From: Hydrolagus affinis
Lineage: Eukaryota
Direction of reading: 5' to 3'
Assembly (NCBI GenBank): GCA_012026655.1
Contig: JAAILG010001622.1
Coordinates: 1 to 64,000 of the forward strand
Length of the DNA stretch: 64,000 nucleotides
Position numbers and translations under genes: made by a program. The notes under the pieces were generated by a model, which searched no databases, was not told the DNA's origin, and saw nothing but the letters and a program-made list of their open reading frames with translations. Numbering within the stretch: the stretch's first letter is position 1; every line of letters starts with the position of its first letter. Positions 25,149 through 37,580 of this stretch are shown here, piece by piece.

Positions 25149-26125
25149 AACAACAACAACAAAATTATAGTTATACAGCGTCTTTCATGTCAGGAGGACA
25201 TTCCCAGGTGCTGGACAGTGTTTCAGACCCAAGCTGGGTCGGGATCGGGGAGGATAGAGAGGAAGGGAAAGGGGGGGTGACTGATGTCACCGTCAACGAG
25301 GAGGGTCTTGAGGCAGGACATGAAGGAGGCTAGGAAGGGAGTGAGGTTAAGGGATTGCAGGATGGAATTCCAGAGGTGGTGGGTAGAGTGGCTGAAGGCA
25401 TGCCCGGCAATGGTGGGGCAGTTGGGTTGGGGGACATGGAATAGGACGGAGTCCACTGAGTGGTGGGAGTGGACAGCTACGGGGTTAGGAGGTTGCAGGA
25501 GTAGGGTGAGCAAGGCCATGAAGAGCTTTCAAGGTGAAGATCAGAATCATAAATAGAATCCTCTGAATGATGGGGAGCCATGGAGATGGGCAAGAATGGG
25601 GGATATCGCAGAGCTTGGTGTGGGAGAGGACATGGCCTGCAGAGCTCTGGATGATCTGCAGCCTATGGAGGGAGGAGTTTGGAAGGCCGATCAGCAGAAC
25701 GTTGGCATAGTCGTTCATGGACATGACAAAGGCATGAATAAGAGTTACAGTGGCCTGAGGGGTGAGGTAGTGGCGGATTCAGGCAATATTGCTGAGGTGA
25801 GCGAAGGCAAAGTGGATCAAGGCATGGATATAGGGGAGGATAAACAGTTGAGGATTGAACAAGACATCTAGGTTCCTGACTGGCCTTGGTGAGGTTGAGG
25901 GAGCAACCAAAGAGGTTGATGCTGTGAGCCCCTGATGCTTGGAGGCACTAGTGCTAGCCAATCAGGTAGGGGCTCAGTCTTGTTGACATTCAACTTCAGA
26001 AACATAGCTCTCATTCAGGACTTGATGTTTGAAAGGCAGTCAGTCAGGGCAGCAGTGGTTCTGGAACCGGGAGTGGAGACAGAGAGATAGAGTTGGGTGT
26101 CCCGCATACACATGGAGTTTGACCA
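25149..26125 (-). mobile_element. L2 LINE 3' fragment (tail type B)
   Basis: DYANVLLIGLPNSSLHRLQIIQSSA, VRNLDVLFNPQL, AGHAFSH..LWNSI; YAGH-type decayed YADD near 26105. Confidence 0.95.
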
Positions 26126-26135
26126 CCATTGGCGT

Positions 26136-26178
26136 GACGTGAAAGGCACTTTAGAAATGTAATTTTATTGTTGTTGTC
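26136..26178 (+). mobile_element. Isolated L2 type B tail, inverted relative to the adjacent L2
   Basis: gacgtgaaaggcactttagaaatgtaattttattgttgttg. Confidence 0.8.
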
Positions 26179-27711
26179 GTCCAGTTTTCAAATGGCATGT
26201 CTGCTAACTGGATGCCAACAACGTCAGTGGAGTAAAGTGCCATATACACAAACATTCGTAACCCAACCCTATGATAAACATACCAAAGGGAATAATTTTA
26301 TAGTATTTTATTCATCTTGTAGAATTCAGCCCCTTTTTTTGTATGTTACCAACTGCGTAAGTGCTTTTCTCAGTTCCACCAGCGGGTTTAATCAACGAAA
26401 CAGCTTTGAGTAAATAGGTGCAGTGCCATCATTGAAAAGGAGAGCTGAATGTTCACAATTACAGTAAACAACCACATCGGCATGAAACCAGGGATGAAAC
26501 TTTGCTCCACTGATAAAGAATTCTGGGCGAAGGAAGTACCTAGACATATGCTGACAATTCTTGTGTGGGAAAAAAATAATCATTCACTGCACAGAGGTCC
26601 ACAAGGTGTTCCTGTAAGTAAAGATGGATTTATGCATCTGAAGTCTGGTATTGCATTAATAATTAGTATGGATTTGGGTTACATGTTACATGTTCTTGAA
26701 AGATTCAATTAAGTATACAATATAATTATTTAGATGTTCAGAAATGAATATTATATACCTTCTTGGGATACAATTTGCCACATCTTCCAAGCAAAACTAC
26801 TCAACTACTCAACTCTATCTGCATTTCTGTGGAGGTTTCCTTTCTTTTAATACCAAATTGCCTAAATATCACAGCAGGATACTTTAATTATGAAATCACT
26901 GTGTTTGCACATAATTGGATTTACACTTTAGAAATAGTCTAACGCTTTGCTATAATATATTTTCAAGCATAATTCATGAGATTAGATTAGTTTGAACTTA
27001 ATTTGTAAAGGCCTTCAAAGCAATATCCTGCTTCCCTCCCTCTAACCCACACACCAAGTTCCTCAAGAACCCATGTTAAGTAGTCCCTTTCATTAAAAAC
27101 ATTTCTCCTCTTTTTCATCTGCTAGCAACTCTTCATGGTACAATGAAATAGCATTTTATCCCACCAGAACACACTGGTGTTTATTCCTCTTGTGCATTCT
27201 CCTTTTGTCATCTTATTTATTCTCTTTATGTTTTTCTGTTGCCACAGAACTCCTTTATTTTACAACAATTTAAATCAATAGAAACAATGAGGTCAAACGT
27301 GCCTTTTAAATTTAGAAATTCACAAAAGGGATTTATCTGCATATTTATACGATGGAGGTAGACTCTCTTCCCTCCCCACATCCCCCCTCTGTCCCCACAC
27401 ACACATACAACATCTGATTCTCAATGCTGAGGTTTGCGATGCTAAGTCATGCATTTGACTTGCAGGTTATAGGTCTGAACTGTCAGTTCACTGTGTTATC
27501 CGAAGTGTTTTGTTTAGCACACAGCGCAGTAAAAAACTTTTTCACCTCACGTTGAAAGGTGGAAATGCTCCAAGGCTCTATCCCACATGAACGGCACAAT
27601 ATAATGCAAGTTTTTGTTGTTGTGTTCCTTGCTTACAGGCTTGATATTTGGAGTTTGCATCTGGTACACCAGAGGAATTCTTACTGGATACTTTAGGAAT
27701 TGGATCTGAGA

Positions 27712-27897
27712 ACATATTACATGGAGTTGCAGAGAGTGACATAGCCAATCAGCCCATCTTGTCCATGCCAGTATTTATTCCCACAAAAGCCCCTAATACT
27801 CCTAGTCCCCTCACATATATCCTTGTCCATTTTCTTCTCCTCGTGTATGCATCACATTTCCTCTTAAATACGTTGATGCTATTTGCTTGAACCACAC
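27712..27897 (-). mobile_element. CR1 3' end
   Basis: Reverse strand gcaaatagcatcaacgtatttaagaggaaatgtgatgcatac closely matches 3756-3800. Confidence 0.8.
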
Positions 27898-28224
27898 TTA
27901 GGATCCAATTTCCAGCAATTGCCTTTCACGTTGCTGATACTGTATCTTGTTTCATAAAGAGCTTGTTAGTGATTCCACATTGTGCTAATGTTTAACTTGA
28001 GATTCTGGTGTTTGCCAGGTAGCTCAAGTAATATCATGAGCACTTGACTCCCAAATTGGTTGAGGCTTGGAGTCCGAGGTTTGCCTGCCACATCAGCTCA
28101 CTTCACTCACTCAATTGTTTTACTGGTGACTTTAATCGTGTTCGGAGAAGCAGTATTTACCCATATTCCCACATTTTCGTCAAAACAAATTACATTTTTA
28201 CTGCATGCAATGGGCACTCCAGTA

Positions 28225-28720
28225 TTAGATTTTCTTTTGGTCAGCCGGTTGTCTGACACATTCAGAAACCCATTACCATGCTTAAGAATGTACAAACCAA
28301 TTTAAGAGTTCCACATATCCCACCAACACATGGAAATTCCAGAGAATTTTATAGGAATGGAATGCATACTCTCCTGGAGGGACATATAGCGTTCACCTAA
28401 TTGCAGAGAGTATCAGGCACAAGTTGGCAAGAGACAAGATTTGAGAACACCAGAGTATGCGTTGGGATACTGCTGAAGTCTAACCAGCTAAAATTGCTTA
28501 GTTTGTCATTGAAAGTACAGTCCCACAAGCTTTCCTTCTGCTCACCCTAAGTGGCTGGTCTGTCATCAGCAGTCCCCAGGATTTTTCGCACCTGCCTAGC
28601 TCAGAAACTGGAGTAGTGAGACCATCACGGAGGGTTGGCACACTTCTGACGTAATGTTGCCAAACATATCACCTTGGAGGCAGTTCAGCTCCGAGGAGAC
28701 TCCGCTTAGCTCCCCCTAAT
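28225..28720 (+). mobile_element. Decayed interspersed repeat, copy 2 (probable I-group LINE RT)
   Basis: Collinear with 35205-35850 apart from a ~100-bp deletion; frameshifted ISS..DF.APA*L and LAHF*RNVAKHIT. Confidence 0.65.
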
Positions 28721-29585
28721 GAGGATCAAGGTTAAAAATGTTAGAAATACTTACATAATATTCCTTACACTGTGCTCAAATTTCTGGGATAAACTATTCA
28801 AAGCAAAACAATTGCAAGACTCAATCCTGGAACTAAGTGATTTGTAGCTTAGGTGATTTTATTGACACTTACCAAGTTGGTGCCAGAGTACAGAGCTCCC
28901 ACTTGATCCACATTTGCATAAATTTAAATGCGTACAATTCAAACATAACTGGCGCAGCTCGACTAATCCATTCTCATCACTGTTTCTATATACTGTATGT
29001 GGCATCATAGCATTGCTATCCCTACCACTGAGGCATGAGAATACTGTACTTGAAGTTTGAATCAAGCCAGAGTCTCCTTTCTCTGGTGACGTCTCATGAT
29101 ATATTACATTTAGCCAGTCTCAATTAGGTTCTAATTCAATAGCGCAGAATGTCTTTGAATTTAATGGTAGGAAACAGTAAATAGTCTTAATCAACAAGGC
29201 AACAAAGAAAGATAGTGTGAGAAGCCAAGATATTTTGCTGATTTAAAAGATCTTGGGAGGTAACACACTTTGCAAGTGGGGAACGAATCAAAGTGGTGCC
29301 TGACACACAATTATTTACCCTAACAACCCCTAACATTATAAACAAAAAATGGATAATACTGTACATTGAATTTGTACGGTTAACGAGCTCTCATCCCCAA
29401 TAGTGCCTTTCTTGGAAGACACTGCGAGATTAGTTTTACAGTCTTGGGGATGCAAGCTGGGGTTGTTCTGAATTGTCAAAGAAGCCATCCTTCAGGCATT
29501 AAAAAAAAGTCCACAAGTCCAAGTAGACGTTTAAGATTCCACGGCACTATTTTAAAAGAGAATTTAATCTGGCCAAAAATGTGGT

Positions 29586-30252
29586 ACAACAATAACCAAA
29601 TTGCATTTATAGAGCACCTTTCATGTCGGGAAGATGTCTCAAGGTGCTGAACAGTCAGGGATCAGGTCCCGAGCATGAGGGAAGGGCAGGATAGGGTCAG
29701 GGGAGGGAGAGAAGTGGGAGGGCGGCAGAAGGCACGTTAGAAAAGAGGGTTTTGTGACTGGCCTTGAAGAAGGCAAGGGAGAAAACAAGGCGAAGGGACT
29801 GTGGATGGAGTTCCAGAGAGGATGAAAGCCCGGCCACTGATTGTAGGTCAGGTCAGGCGGGAGACATGGAGCAGGCCAGAGCCTGCTGAATGGAGGGGGC
29901 GGGGCAGGTTGGTACGGAGTCAGCAGGTTGGAGAGGTAGGAAGGGGCAATGTCATGGATTGCCTTGAAAGTGAGGACGAGCATCTTGAATTCGATCCTCT
30001 GTGGGTTGGGGAGCCAATGGAGTCAGGCAATGATGGGAGTGATGGGGTCGCGGAGCCTGGTACGGGAGAGGGCACGAGCTGCAGAGTTTTGGATGATCTG
30101 CAGCTTGTCAAAGGAAGAGCTGGGAAGGGAGGAGGGAGGAGGTAATCAAGCATTGATGTGACGAATGTGTTTTTGGCAGCCTGACGGGTGAGGCAGTGGC
30201 GGAGTCTGGCAATGTTACAGAGGTGGTGGAAAGCAGTGCTGGTCATGGCATG
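29586..30252 (-). mobile_element. L2 3' fragment (tail type B)
   Basis: AFHHLCNIARLR..FVTSMLDY, LVLTFKAIHDIAPSYLSNLL, LWNSI. Confidence 0.92.
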
Positions 30253-30379
30253 ACCAGTAGATAGATTTGGTCAAAACAATTCTCATTCACTTCACAAATA
30301 AAATGATTCAGAGTGATTCCAATAAAATGGCCTGCTTTTTAGAATGGGAGTACTGTACTATCTGAATAGAATATCCACT

Positions 30380-30505
30380 TTAGCCCTCCTTCGGATGAGA
30401 CATTGAACTAAGATCCCGTCTGCCTGTCTAGGTGAACTTTAGAGATCACATGTTACTATTTAAAAAGAGAAGAAAACTTCTTCTGATATTGTGGCCAGCA
30501 AACCA
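30380..30505 (+). mobile_element. Deu-domain SINE fragment
   Basis: ttcggatgagacattgaactaagatcccgtctgcctgtctaggtgaactttagagatcacatg is a Deu-domain-like core. Confidence 0.75.
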
Positions 30506-30521
30506 CGAGACAAAGTTGATT

Positions 30522-30865
30522 GGAGTCCTGTAGCTCAGTGATTGGAGCACTTGCCTCACAATAGAGAGACCTGGGTTGGATTCCCGACAGCGCAAAATGT
30601 TGAGCAAGCTTCCTTACTCCACACACCTCTGTTTACCTCAGATCTCAGTTATCAGTCGATTGGCGGATCCCTTATAAAACAAAAGCGATAATAATAATAA
30701 ATAAATCATTCAATCCACGATTGTTTGTAGGACATGCTGAACACAATTGGCTGCCGAGTTTTGCCCACAAAATATACAGTCAATTCAGTTTATAATGTAT
30801 TCTGTGGAGTGCCTCAAGACATCTCGAACACATGATAAGGCGCCCTCTCAAAATGCAAGGATAAT
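30522..30865 (+). mobile_element. Full-length tRNA-derived SINE
   Basis: A box tagctcagtgattgg, B box ggttggattcccg, central region, conserved core, tail ending aaatgcaaggataat. Confidence 0.92.
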
Positions 30866-31965
30866 CTTTCATGGTTGTTTACAGAATATTACTGTGCACA
30901 AATTGCAAGGCTCTAACTGCAGTAGATTAGACCCCATGCCCAATACATCAGATGCCCATATAAACTGAAAGGAATTGTTCTGCGAAGTAGAAACTTAAAA
31001 TGTTCTGTCTGTAAGTAGAGTAATCAGGGAAGTAACTTAGTCACACTGACAATGCTTAACAGTAAAACTGATTAAAAGTCTGTCGAATTTAGCAAAGAAT
31101 TAGGCAGACTAATTTGTGGAGGCCGTGTATATCATCATGGGCTAATGGCTGCATTGAGTTGTGGTGAATGGAAACATCTCCCTCGACAAAGTTGTGGCAA
31201 TGTATTGAATCTGTTTGTCAAATGAAACCATAAGCCATGGCAACGTAATGTTGAGCAGTTCCTCCCAAGTGTTTTACATTGGCCATGATTTCTGGGAACC
31301 GTAAAATAGAATCCACTTGAGGGAGTCCTACATAGAAGTTGGCCTGAAACTGAGTTTTTTTTGTCCTTTATTCAAATTCACTTTATAAATCAAGACCTCG
31401 AAAGGGTCCCTTTTGGGCATGGATCCAAGGTTTTGTGAAGAGGCTGTGTGACAGACATTCAGTGCAGAGGAGTTACTCAATCATTGTTATAAGAGTGCAC
31501 CAAATCTAGGTAGAGGCATATTAGCCTTGGCAGAAAAAGCATTCCCTCAACCATGTGCAGATCTGCCCATCCAGACCTCATTGTAAAACAGCAGTCACTG
31601 ACAACAGGTCATGTACCTGGAGTTATAGGAGTTATATATCATACATCCCATTATAAAAAATGGATTTCAGAAAATGTTCAGTTCCTAGAATCTAAAGTAT
31701 TGTTTGCAAGCCTATCACAGAGGATTATGCACATTCTTCAAAGTACATGTATTTCCCATCAATCCAGAACAAAGCTTGGGCATGGGGGAAATCGCTTTAC
31801 ATGTGGTCAATAAGAAAATTTGCCAATACATATGTATACACATATATATAACATATGTTATACATTCCTATGTTATAGGAATGTCATACCATTATTGGAA
31901 ACTCATATTTCGTAATTACTGGTGGAAAGAGTTGTTCAAAATTGCTTTGATAAGGTTAGCTTAAT

Positions 31966-32850
31966 ACAACAACAACAAAATTACACTTGTATGGCTCCTT
32001 TCACGTCAGGAGGACATCCAAAGGCGCTGGAATTCAATGCTTCAGACCCGAGCTGGGGTCGGGAACAAGGAGGGCAGAGGGAAAGGAGGGAATTTGGTGT
32101 GATCAATGGGACCGTCAAAGAGGATGGTCTTGAGGGTGGACTGGAAGGAAGCCACGGAGTGGGTGAGGCAGAGGGACTGCGGGATTTCATTCCATAGGTT
32201 AGGGGCAGAGTGGCTGAAGGCTCAGCCACCAATGGTATGGCGGGTGGTTTGGGGGACATGGAGCAAGCCGGAGCCTGCTGAGCAAAGGGGGTGGGGGGTT
32301 AGGATGTTGCAGAGATAGGGTGGAGTGAGGCCAGAAACGCCTTTGAAGGTGAGGACCAGGATCTTGAATTGAATGCTCTGTGTGATGGGGAGAGAATTCA
32401 ATGGAGTTGGGCGAGAAAGGAGGAGTTCTGGATTATCTGCAGCCTATGGAGGGAGGAGTTGGGAAGGCTGACAAGCAAGGCATTGGCATAGTCGAGCCTG
32501 GATGTGATGACAGCATGAATGAGGGTTTCAGTTGCCTGAGGGGTGAGGTAGTGGTGGAATCGGGCAATATTGCAGAGGTGAGGGAGGGAAGGCAGAGTGG
32601 ATCATGGCTTGGATGTGAAGGAGGAAAGACAATTGAGGATCGAACAAGACACCGAAGTTCCTGACTGACTTGGTGAGGTTGAGTGTGCAACCATGAAAGT
32701 TGATTTCACCAGTGCCTGATGTTTGAAGGCGCTGTCGCGAGCCAATCAGGAGGGCCTCGGGTTTGTTGACATTCAACTGTTGTAAGTTCGCTCTCATCCA
32801 GGACATGATGTCTTACACGCAGTCTGTCAGGACATCAGTGGTTCTGACAG
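31966..32850 (-). mobile_element. L2 LINE 3' fragment (tail type B)
   Basis: MSWMRANLQQLNVNKPEALLIGS..VRNFGVLFDPQLSF; (caa)n tail at 31966. Confidence 0.95.
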
Positions 32851-33439
32851 ACTAGGGTAGCATTTTACAGGATAGCATACAAGTTCCACTCTCCATTGGT
32901 TGTGAGGTCCATTATGAGGAGACTCAAGTTCAAGATAACGACCAGAGAATTTAAGAGGAGCTACTTCACTCAGGGGGCAGTGGAACTAATAGCTATTACA
33001 CGTAATAATTATCCTCTCATCAATTCCCACAACACACCATGTTTGCAATTGAGGCCACTTCACCGTTCTGGTGAAATTCATAATCTGAATGCGTACGTTG
33101 TACAACCATTTGTATCATCAGAAGTTTAATACTGTACTAGTTTTCTTCAATCCAAGCAGTGCAGGCCCACTCCTTCAAAGTGATACCTTTTACAGGTATC
33201 TGGTTGTTTGTTGCATAGACTAGACAGAACAAGAACAACTAGTCCTTGTCTAGTGCTTTACACAGAAGAAGAATATCTCAACAGAACATCTGTTGACGAG
33301 CCGATAGCAGTGGATCTAAATAAGCAATCCACCCCTCCTCAGAAGGATGAGGGGATAGTCATGATCCAATATTTACTTTAGATCACAGTTACAAGACAAC
33401 AAGAAAAATCAATTGGTACTACTTAAATAATGATTAAAA

Positions 33440-33862
33440 TAATATTTGCATGTGATATAGCTTTTTCCATGTCAGAAGAAAGTCTCAAAGTGTTTAACAC
33501 CATTTATTGTAAAGCGGTATACTTATGTAATTTTTAGCTAAATGCAGCAGCTAATAATCTGTGCACAGCAACGTCCCACAAACAACCATGATATGATTGA
33601 CCGAATTTATCTAGAGGATTGTGCCAGGACACCAGGAGAACCTCACTTCTCTTTTTAAATCATGCATGGGATGTTCAACATACACCTGAACAGGCAGATG
33701 GACCTTTGGGTTAACATCTCATTTGAAGGGAACCACCTTCAACAAAGAAACATATCCTCCCAGCAACCTGGACTGTGAGCTCAAAGTTCCTGACATGGAG
33801 CTTAAATGGACAGGCTTCTATCACTAAGTTGAGATACGCTCAATTCATTGTCCACTGAGTTA
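33440..33862 (-). mobile_element. Near full-length Deu-domain SINE
   Basis: gcacagcaacgtcccacaaac..gccaggacaccaggagaac..catgggatgttcaac..cacctgaacaggcagatgg..ggttaacatctcat. Confidence 0.85.
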
Positions 33863-35204
33863 GGCTGCCGTCTCGTACTCATGATGAATTGTACGAACTG
33901 TCATGCTAAATTGAGCAGAAACTGGAAGGCTCGAAGTAAACACAGGTTAATTCTGTCAAATATCAACGTTATTTGACCTACATATTAAGAGGTATATGTT
34001 GTAATGTTTATAACTATAACATCATGTGAAAGTACAGTTAAGCAACGTTACCTTGTTAATGTTATTCAACCAGCATCACGTTCTACATTATCCTGATGTG
34101 TTTAGAACTGAACTCAAATTTGTCTCTTAACAGAAACTATGTAGCATGGCACTAATGATTCATAAACCCCTGGAGTCCCAAGTCGTACCACTCAAGTCTT
34201 GTTGCAAACGATTCTGGTAAAAATGTCATAAAAGCAGTAAAAACAATTCAACTTTGGGGTGAAAAAGTCAATATCCTTATCATATTGCATGCCATTATTT
34301 ACACTACTTGTTACTTCTAACAAACACCAAGATGATGATTTTTAATGTAAAAATATTTCTGATTTTTCTAGTTTACTTTCCCCTCATTTTTTGTTCTAAC
34401 AGCTAAGGTTTGTCACTGTAAGAAGAATGTTTTCTTCCAAATTGAAAAGTTTACGAAACAGTTTGAAGCTATTTTGTCTTCATTTTCTACCTAACTTCGT
34501 GAAAGCCAACAATTTGCATGTATCTAAAGTAGGTTATTTTACTTGTAAACTTGTTGCGTATACATTTGCTAAAGTTTAATGAAGATTAAGGTGTTTTGCC
34601 ACTGAATGCGTTAAATCGTACCGGACTGTGTTTCTCTGGAAATAACACACGGAAAAAAAAAAGTTAGCGGTTAGATTTCGAGAACACCACTGTATCCCAT
34701 ATGGTAAAGGTGCCCCTCCAAATTCCGGGATTCTGGGAGCACCCTAGTGAAAGTGCCTTCTCAATGCGGTCCACTTAACAAACATGTAATACAATTCAGA
34801 AATGCTCTGTTACTCACTGCAGTCTGTACTATACAATGAGTGAAGTTCATAGCACAGAAATAATGGGCCGAGTGACTTTCTTCATCCTTTCTGCTGTGCT
34901 GAAAATGTATCTGCAGTTTCCTTTCCAATGGGCATTTAATTGCTTCAAATTGAAGGGTCTATTCGAGAATGTTCTGCTTGCTCTCTTTCTGGAGATTGAT
35001 GACTAAAAGTGCTAGGATCTGTTATTACCTTAAAATGAGTTGCTATAACAGATGACTGGCAAGTCCGGTTTAACAAATACTCGCCTTTTTCCTACCTTGA
35101 GGGGAGCATTCTAATTTAAGATAGATGGATACTGTGGATTAAATGGCAGGAAGGGTGGCTGCAAAGTGTTTTGTCAACCGGACTTTTAATTTGCTGCTTT
35201 CTAC

Positions 35205-35850
35205 AGATAGCTAGTGGATCATGTAATAGTGTTTGTTTCTGGTCAGTCGGGTGTCAGCCACGTACAGGCACCGTCACCAGGCTTAAAAGTATCCGAACCA
35301 AATTGAGATTTACACGCATCTCACCTACACATGGAAATTCCAGAGAGACATTGTTGGAAATTAATGTGCACTCTGTCCCTGGAGGAAAGTGCTCTGTTTA
35401 CCTAATTCTGGAATGGATTAGGGAAGGCGTCGGTCGGTAGGAAACGGGTGTTGGGGACCCCAGAGTGTGCATTGGGATACGGCTGGATTCTAACCAGTTA
35501 AAACCTCATAGCTTGCCATCGATATCATTGTCTGGCAAGCTTTCTCACTGCTTGCCCTGCTCGAAGCATCCAATACGATATTACGGCTTAGACTTTCAGA
35601 GTTAACGGCAACTGAATGGAAGACTTCTTCCCCGCTTCCAAGTCTTACCGATGAGCCTGGCTGGCTGTGCTGTCATCAGCAGTGCCCTGGAATATTGTGG
35701 AACCCACCTGGCTCACGAACCAGACAACAAAGACTGCCGCAGAAGACTGGCTTAATTCCGACTTTCCATTGGCAAATATGTCACATTGGAGCTAGTTCAA
35801 CTCCAAGAAGACCCTAATTTACCTCCCCCCTTCTCCCTAAGGCGGACAGT
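35205..35850 (+). mobile_element. Decayed non-LTR retrotransposon RT, copy 3 (I/Ingi/Nimb-like)
   Basis: Ordered motifs across frameshifts: LVDHVIVFVSG (YADD-like), NQIEIY..TWKF, IGIRLDS, LSELTATEW, AVISSALEYCG, LA*FRLSIGKYVT, NLPPPFSLRR. Confidence 0.6.
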
Positions 35851-36199
35851 CACCAGTTGGTTGATTAAGCCTGGGTTTGATCCCTCTCTAGGTGGATGGT
35901 ACATACAAGGAAATCCCTGAGAGTTTCTCAGTGGTCAACATAACTCAGCATATGATGGTTCTAACAGTTGGAGATGTGGGGTTTAATCAGCAGCTACTTT
36001 TTCATGATTGTGTTCTCCAGTGAACACCTTCCAGCAGCTGTCGCCCAAAGCCTCAAGAGTTTCCTTTTCAGGTATCTGGCAAGCATCTGCCTTCAGAGTA
36101 GATGGAGGACCTTTACAGGGCAGCTTATGAGATGCTCACCCACCTTGATATTCTGTAGGTCCAAGTCCAGTGCTGCATATTAGTCTTACTCAGCACCAG

Positions 36200-36552
36200 C
36201 TGCTTAATCCAGATGTTGGGCTATTTTCCAAATCACTTGAGTTAAGATTCCCAGATATCATACTCAGGCTGCACGGTGCCCTGGTCAGGCGTTGCGCAGG
36301 CCCAAGAGGCAGGTTCAGAGGAGAGCAAAAAGGATGATGTCCAGTTTTAGAGTAGTCAGCTATGAATAACGACTAGTCAAGCTGGAGCTCTTCAGTCTTG
36401 AGAGAAGATGACTCAGTGGTGTATAAAATGTTTTTGATGGGATTGAAATAGTGAACCTAGCGCAATACTTTAGGATGCACCTACACAGAAGAAGAAGAAG
36501 GAGAAGGAGAAGAAGAGGACATAGGTTTAGATTTTTAAAGAGCAATTTCAGT
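36200..36552 (+). mobile_element. Old CR1 ORF2 C-terminal remnant with a GAA-rich run
   Basis: IILRLHGALVR, SYE*RLVKLELFSLERR, RGHRF motifs. Confidence 0.75.
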
Positions 36553-36554
36553 AA

Positions 36555-36748
36555 TGGTAATAATTTGATATATTGCATTATATATTTGCAGTATACTGCA
36601 AAATTGACTATATTTGTGTGTGAAATGTGACAGCTAATTGCATGCAGCAGTATCCCACAAACAGTCGTGGATTGAAATGACCAATTTTTTTATTATTGTT
36701 TTTTGATGGATTATTGTTAGGGCTGTAGACTAAGGAAACTTGCCCACG
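36555..36748 (-). mobile_element. SINE with internal deletions
   Basis: gcagcagtatcccacaaacagtcgtggattgaaatgaccaa..taaggaaacttgccca. Confidence 0.8.
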
Positions 36749-36751
36749 GAA

Positions 36752-37580
36752 TACAATTTCCAAGTTTGCAGATGATATTAAGATAGGAAGCATAGTAAAC
36801 AGTGAGGAGGATAGTAACAGACTGCAAGAGGTCATAGACAGACTGGTAAATGGGCAGACATGTGGCAGATTAAGTTAGTGTGGAGAAATGCAAAGTGATG
36901 CATTTGGGGAAGGAGTGTGAGGAGAGTCAGTATTAACTAGATGGTAAAATCTTCAAGGGGGTGAAGGAACAGAGAGACCTGGGAATTCATTTAAGTAAAT
37001 CTTTGAAGGTGGCAGGACAGGTAGTTAAAGCTGTTTATTAAAAAAAAAGCATACAGGAAACCAGGCTTTAAAAATAGGGACATGGAATGCAAAAGAAAGG
37101 CAGTTATGATGAATCTTTATAAAATACTGGTTAGGCCTCAGCTGGAGTACTGTGCTCAGTTCTGGGCACCACACCTTAGGAAAGATGTCAAGGCATTGTA
37201 GAGGGTGCAAAAGTAGATTTACAAGGATAGTAGCAGGAATGAGGGACTTCAGTCATCAAGAGAGACCAGAGAAGCTAGGATTATCCTCCTTGGAGCAGAG
37301 AAGGTTAAGAGGTGACTTAAGAGAAGTTTCCAAAATTCTTAGGGGATTAGATTGGGTGAACAAGGTAGAACGACTTCAACTGATGAGTGGGTTGTAACCT
37401 AAGGGACACCAATTAAAAATAGTTTTTTCTAAAAAGAAACAGAGGTGTGTGGAGGACGGGATAGTAGGTTTATGGGGAGAGAGCGAGGGAGTGGGATTGA
37501 TTTGGACAGCTCTTTTCAAAGAGTCAGCATGTGGGCCGAATGACCTCCTTCTGTGCTGTATAATTCTTTGATTCTATGAT
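36752..37580 (+). mobile_element. CR1 LINE RT 3' fragment (shark-type)
   Basis: [41 protein letters not shown]; terminus gggccgaatgacctccttctgtgctgtataattctttgattctatga. Confidence 0.95.

Noticed and set aside
30522-30595. tRNA gene
   Set aside because: A and B boxes are present but continue into a SINE body and tail; it is a SINE head
34673-34690. Short match (agatttcgagaacacca) to the I-group-like repeat at ~28437
   Set aside because: Only ~16 bp and the similarity does not extend
35190-35210. Strong acceptor-like ttgctgctttctacag suggesting an exon of a tandem gene family
   Set aside because: The downstream sequence has stops in all frames and decodes better as decayed RT; the acceptor is not shared by the other two copies
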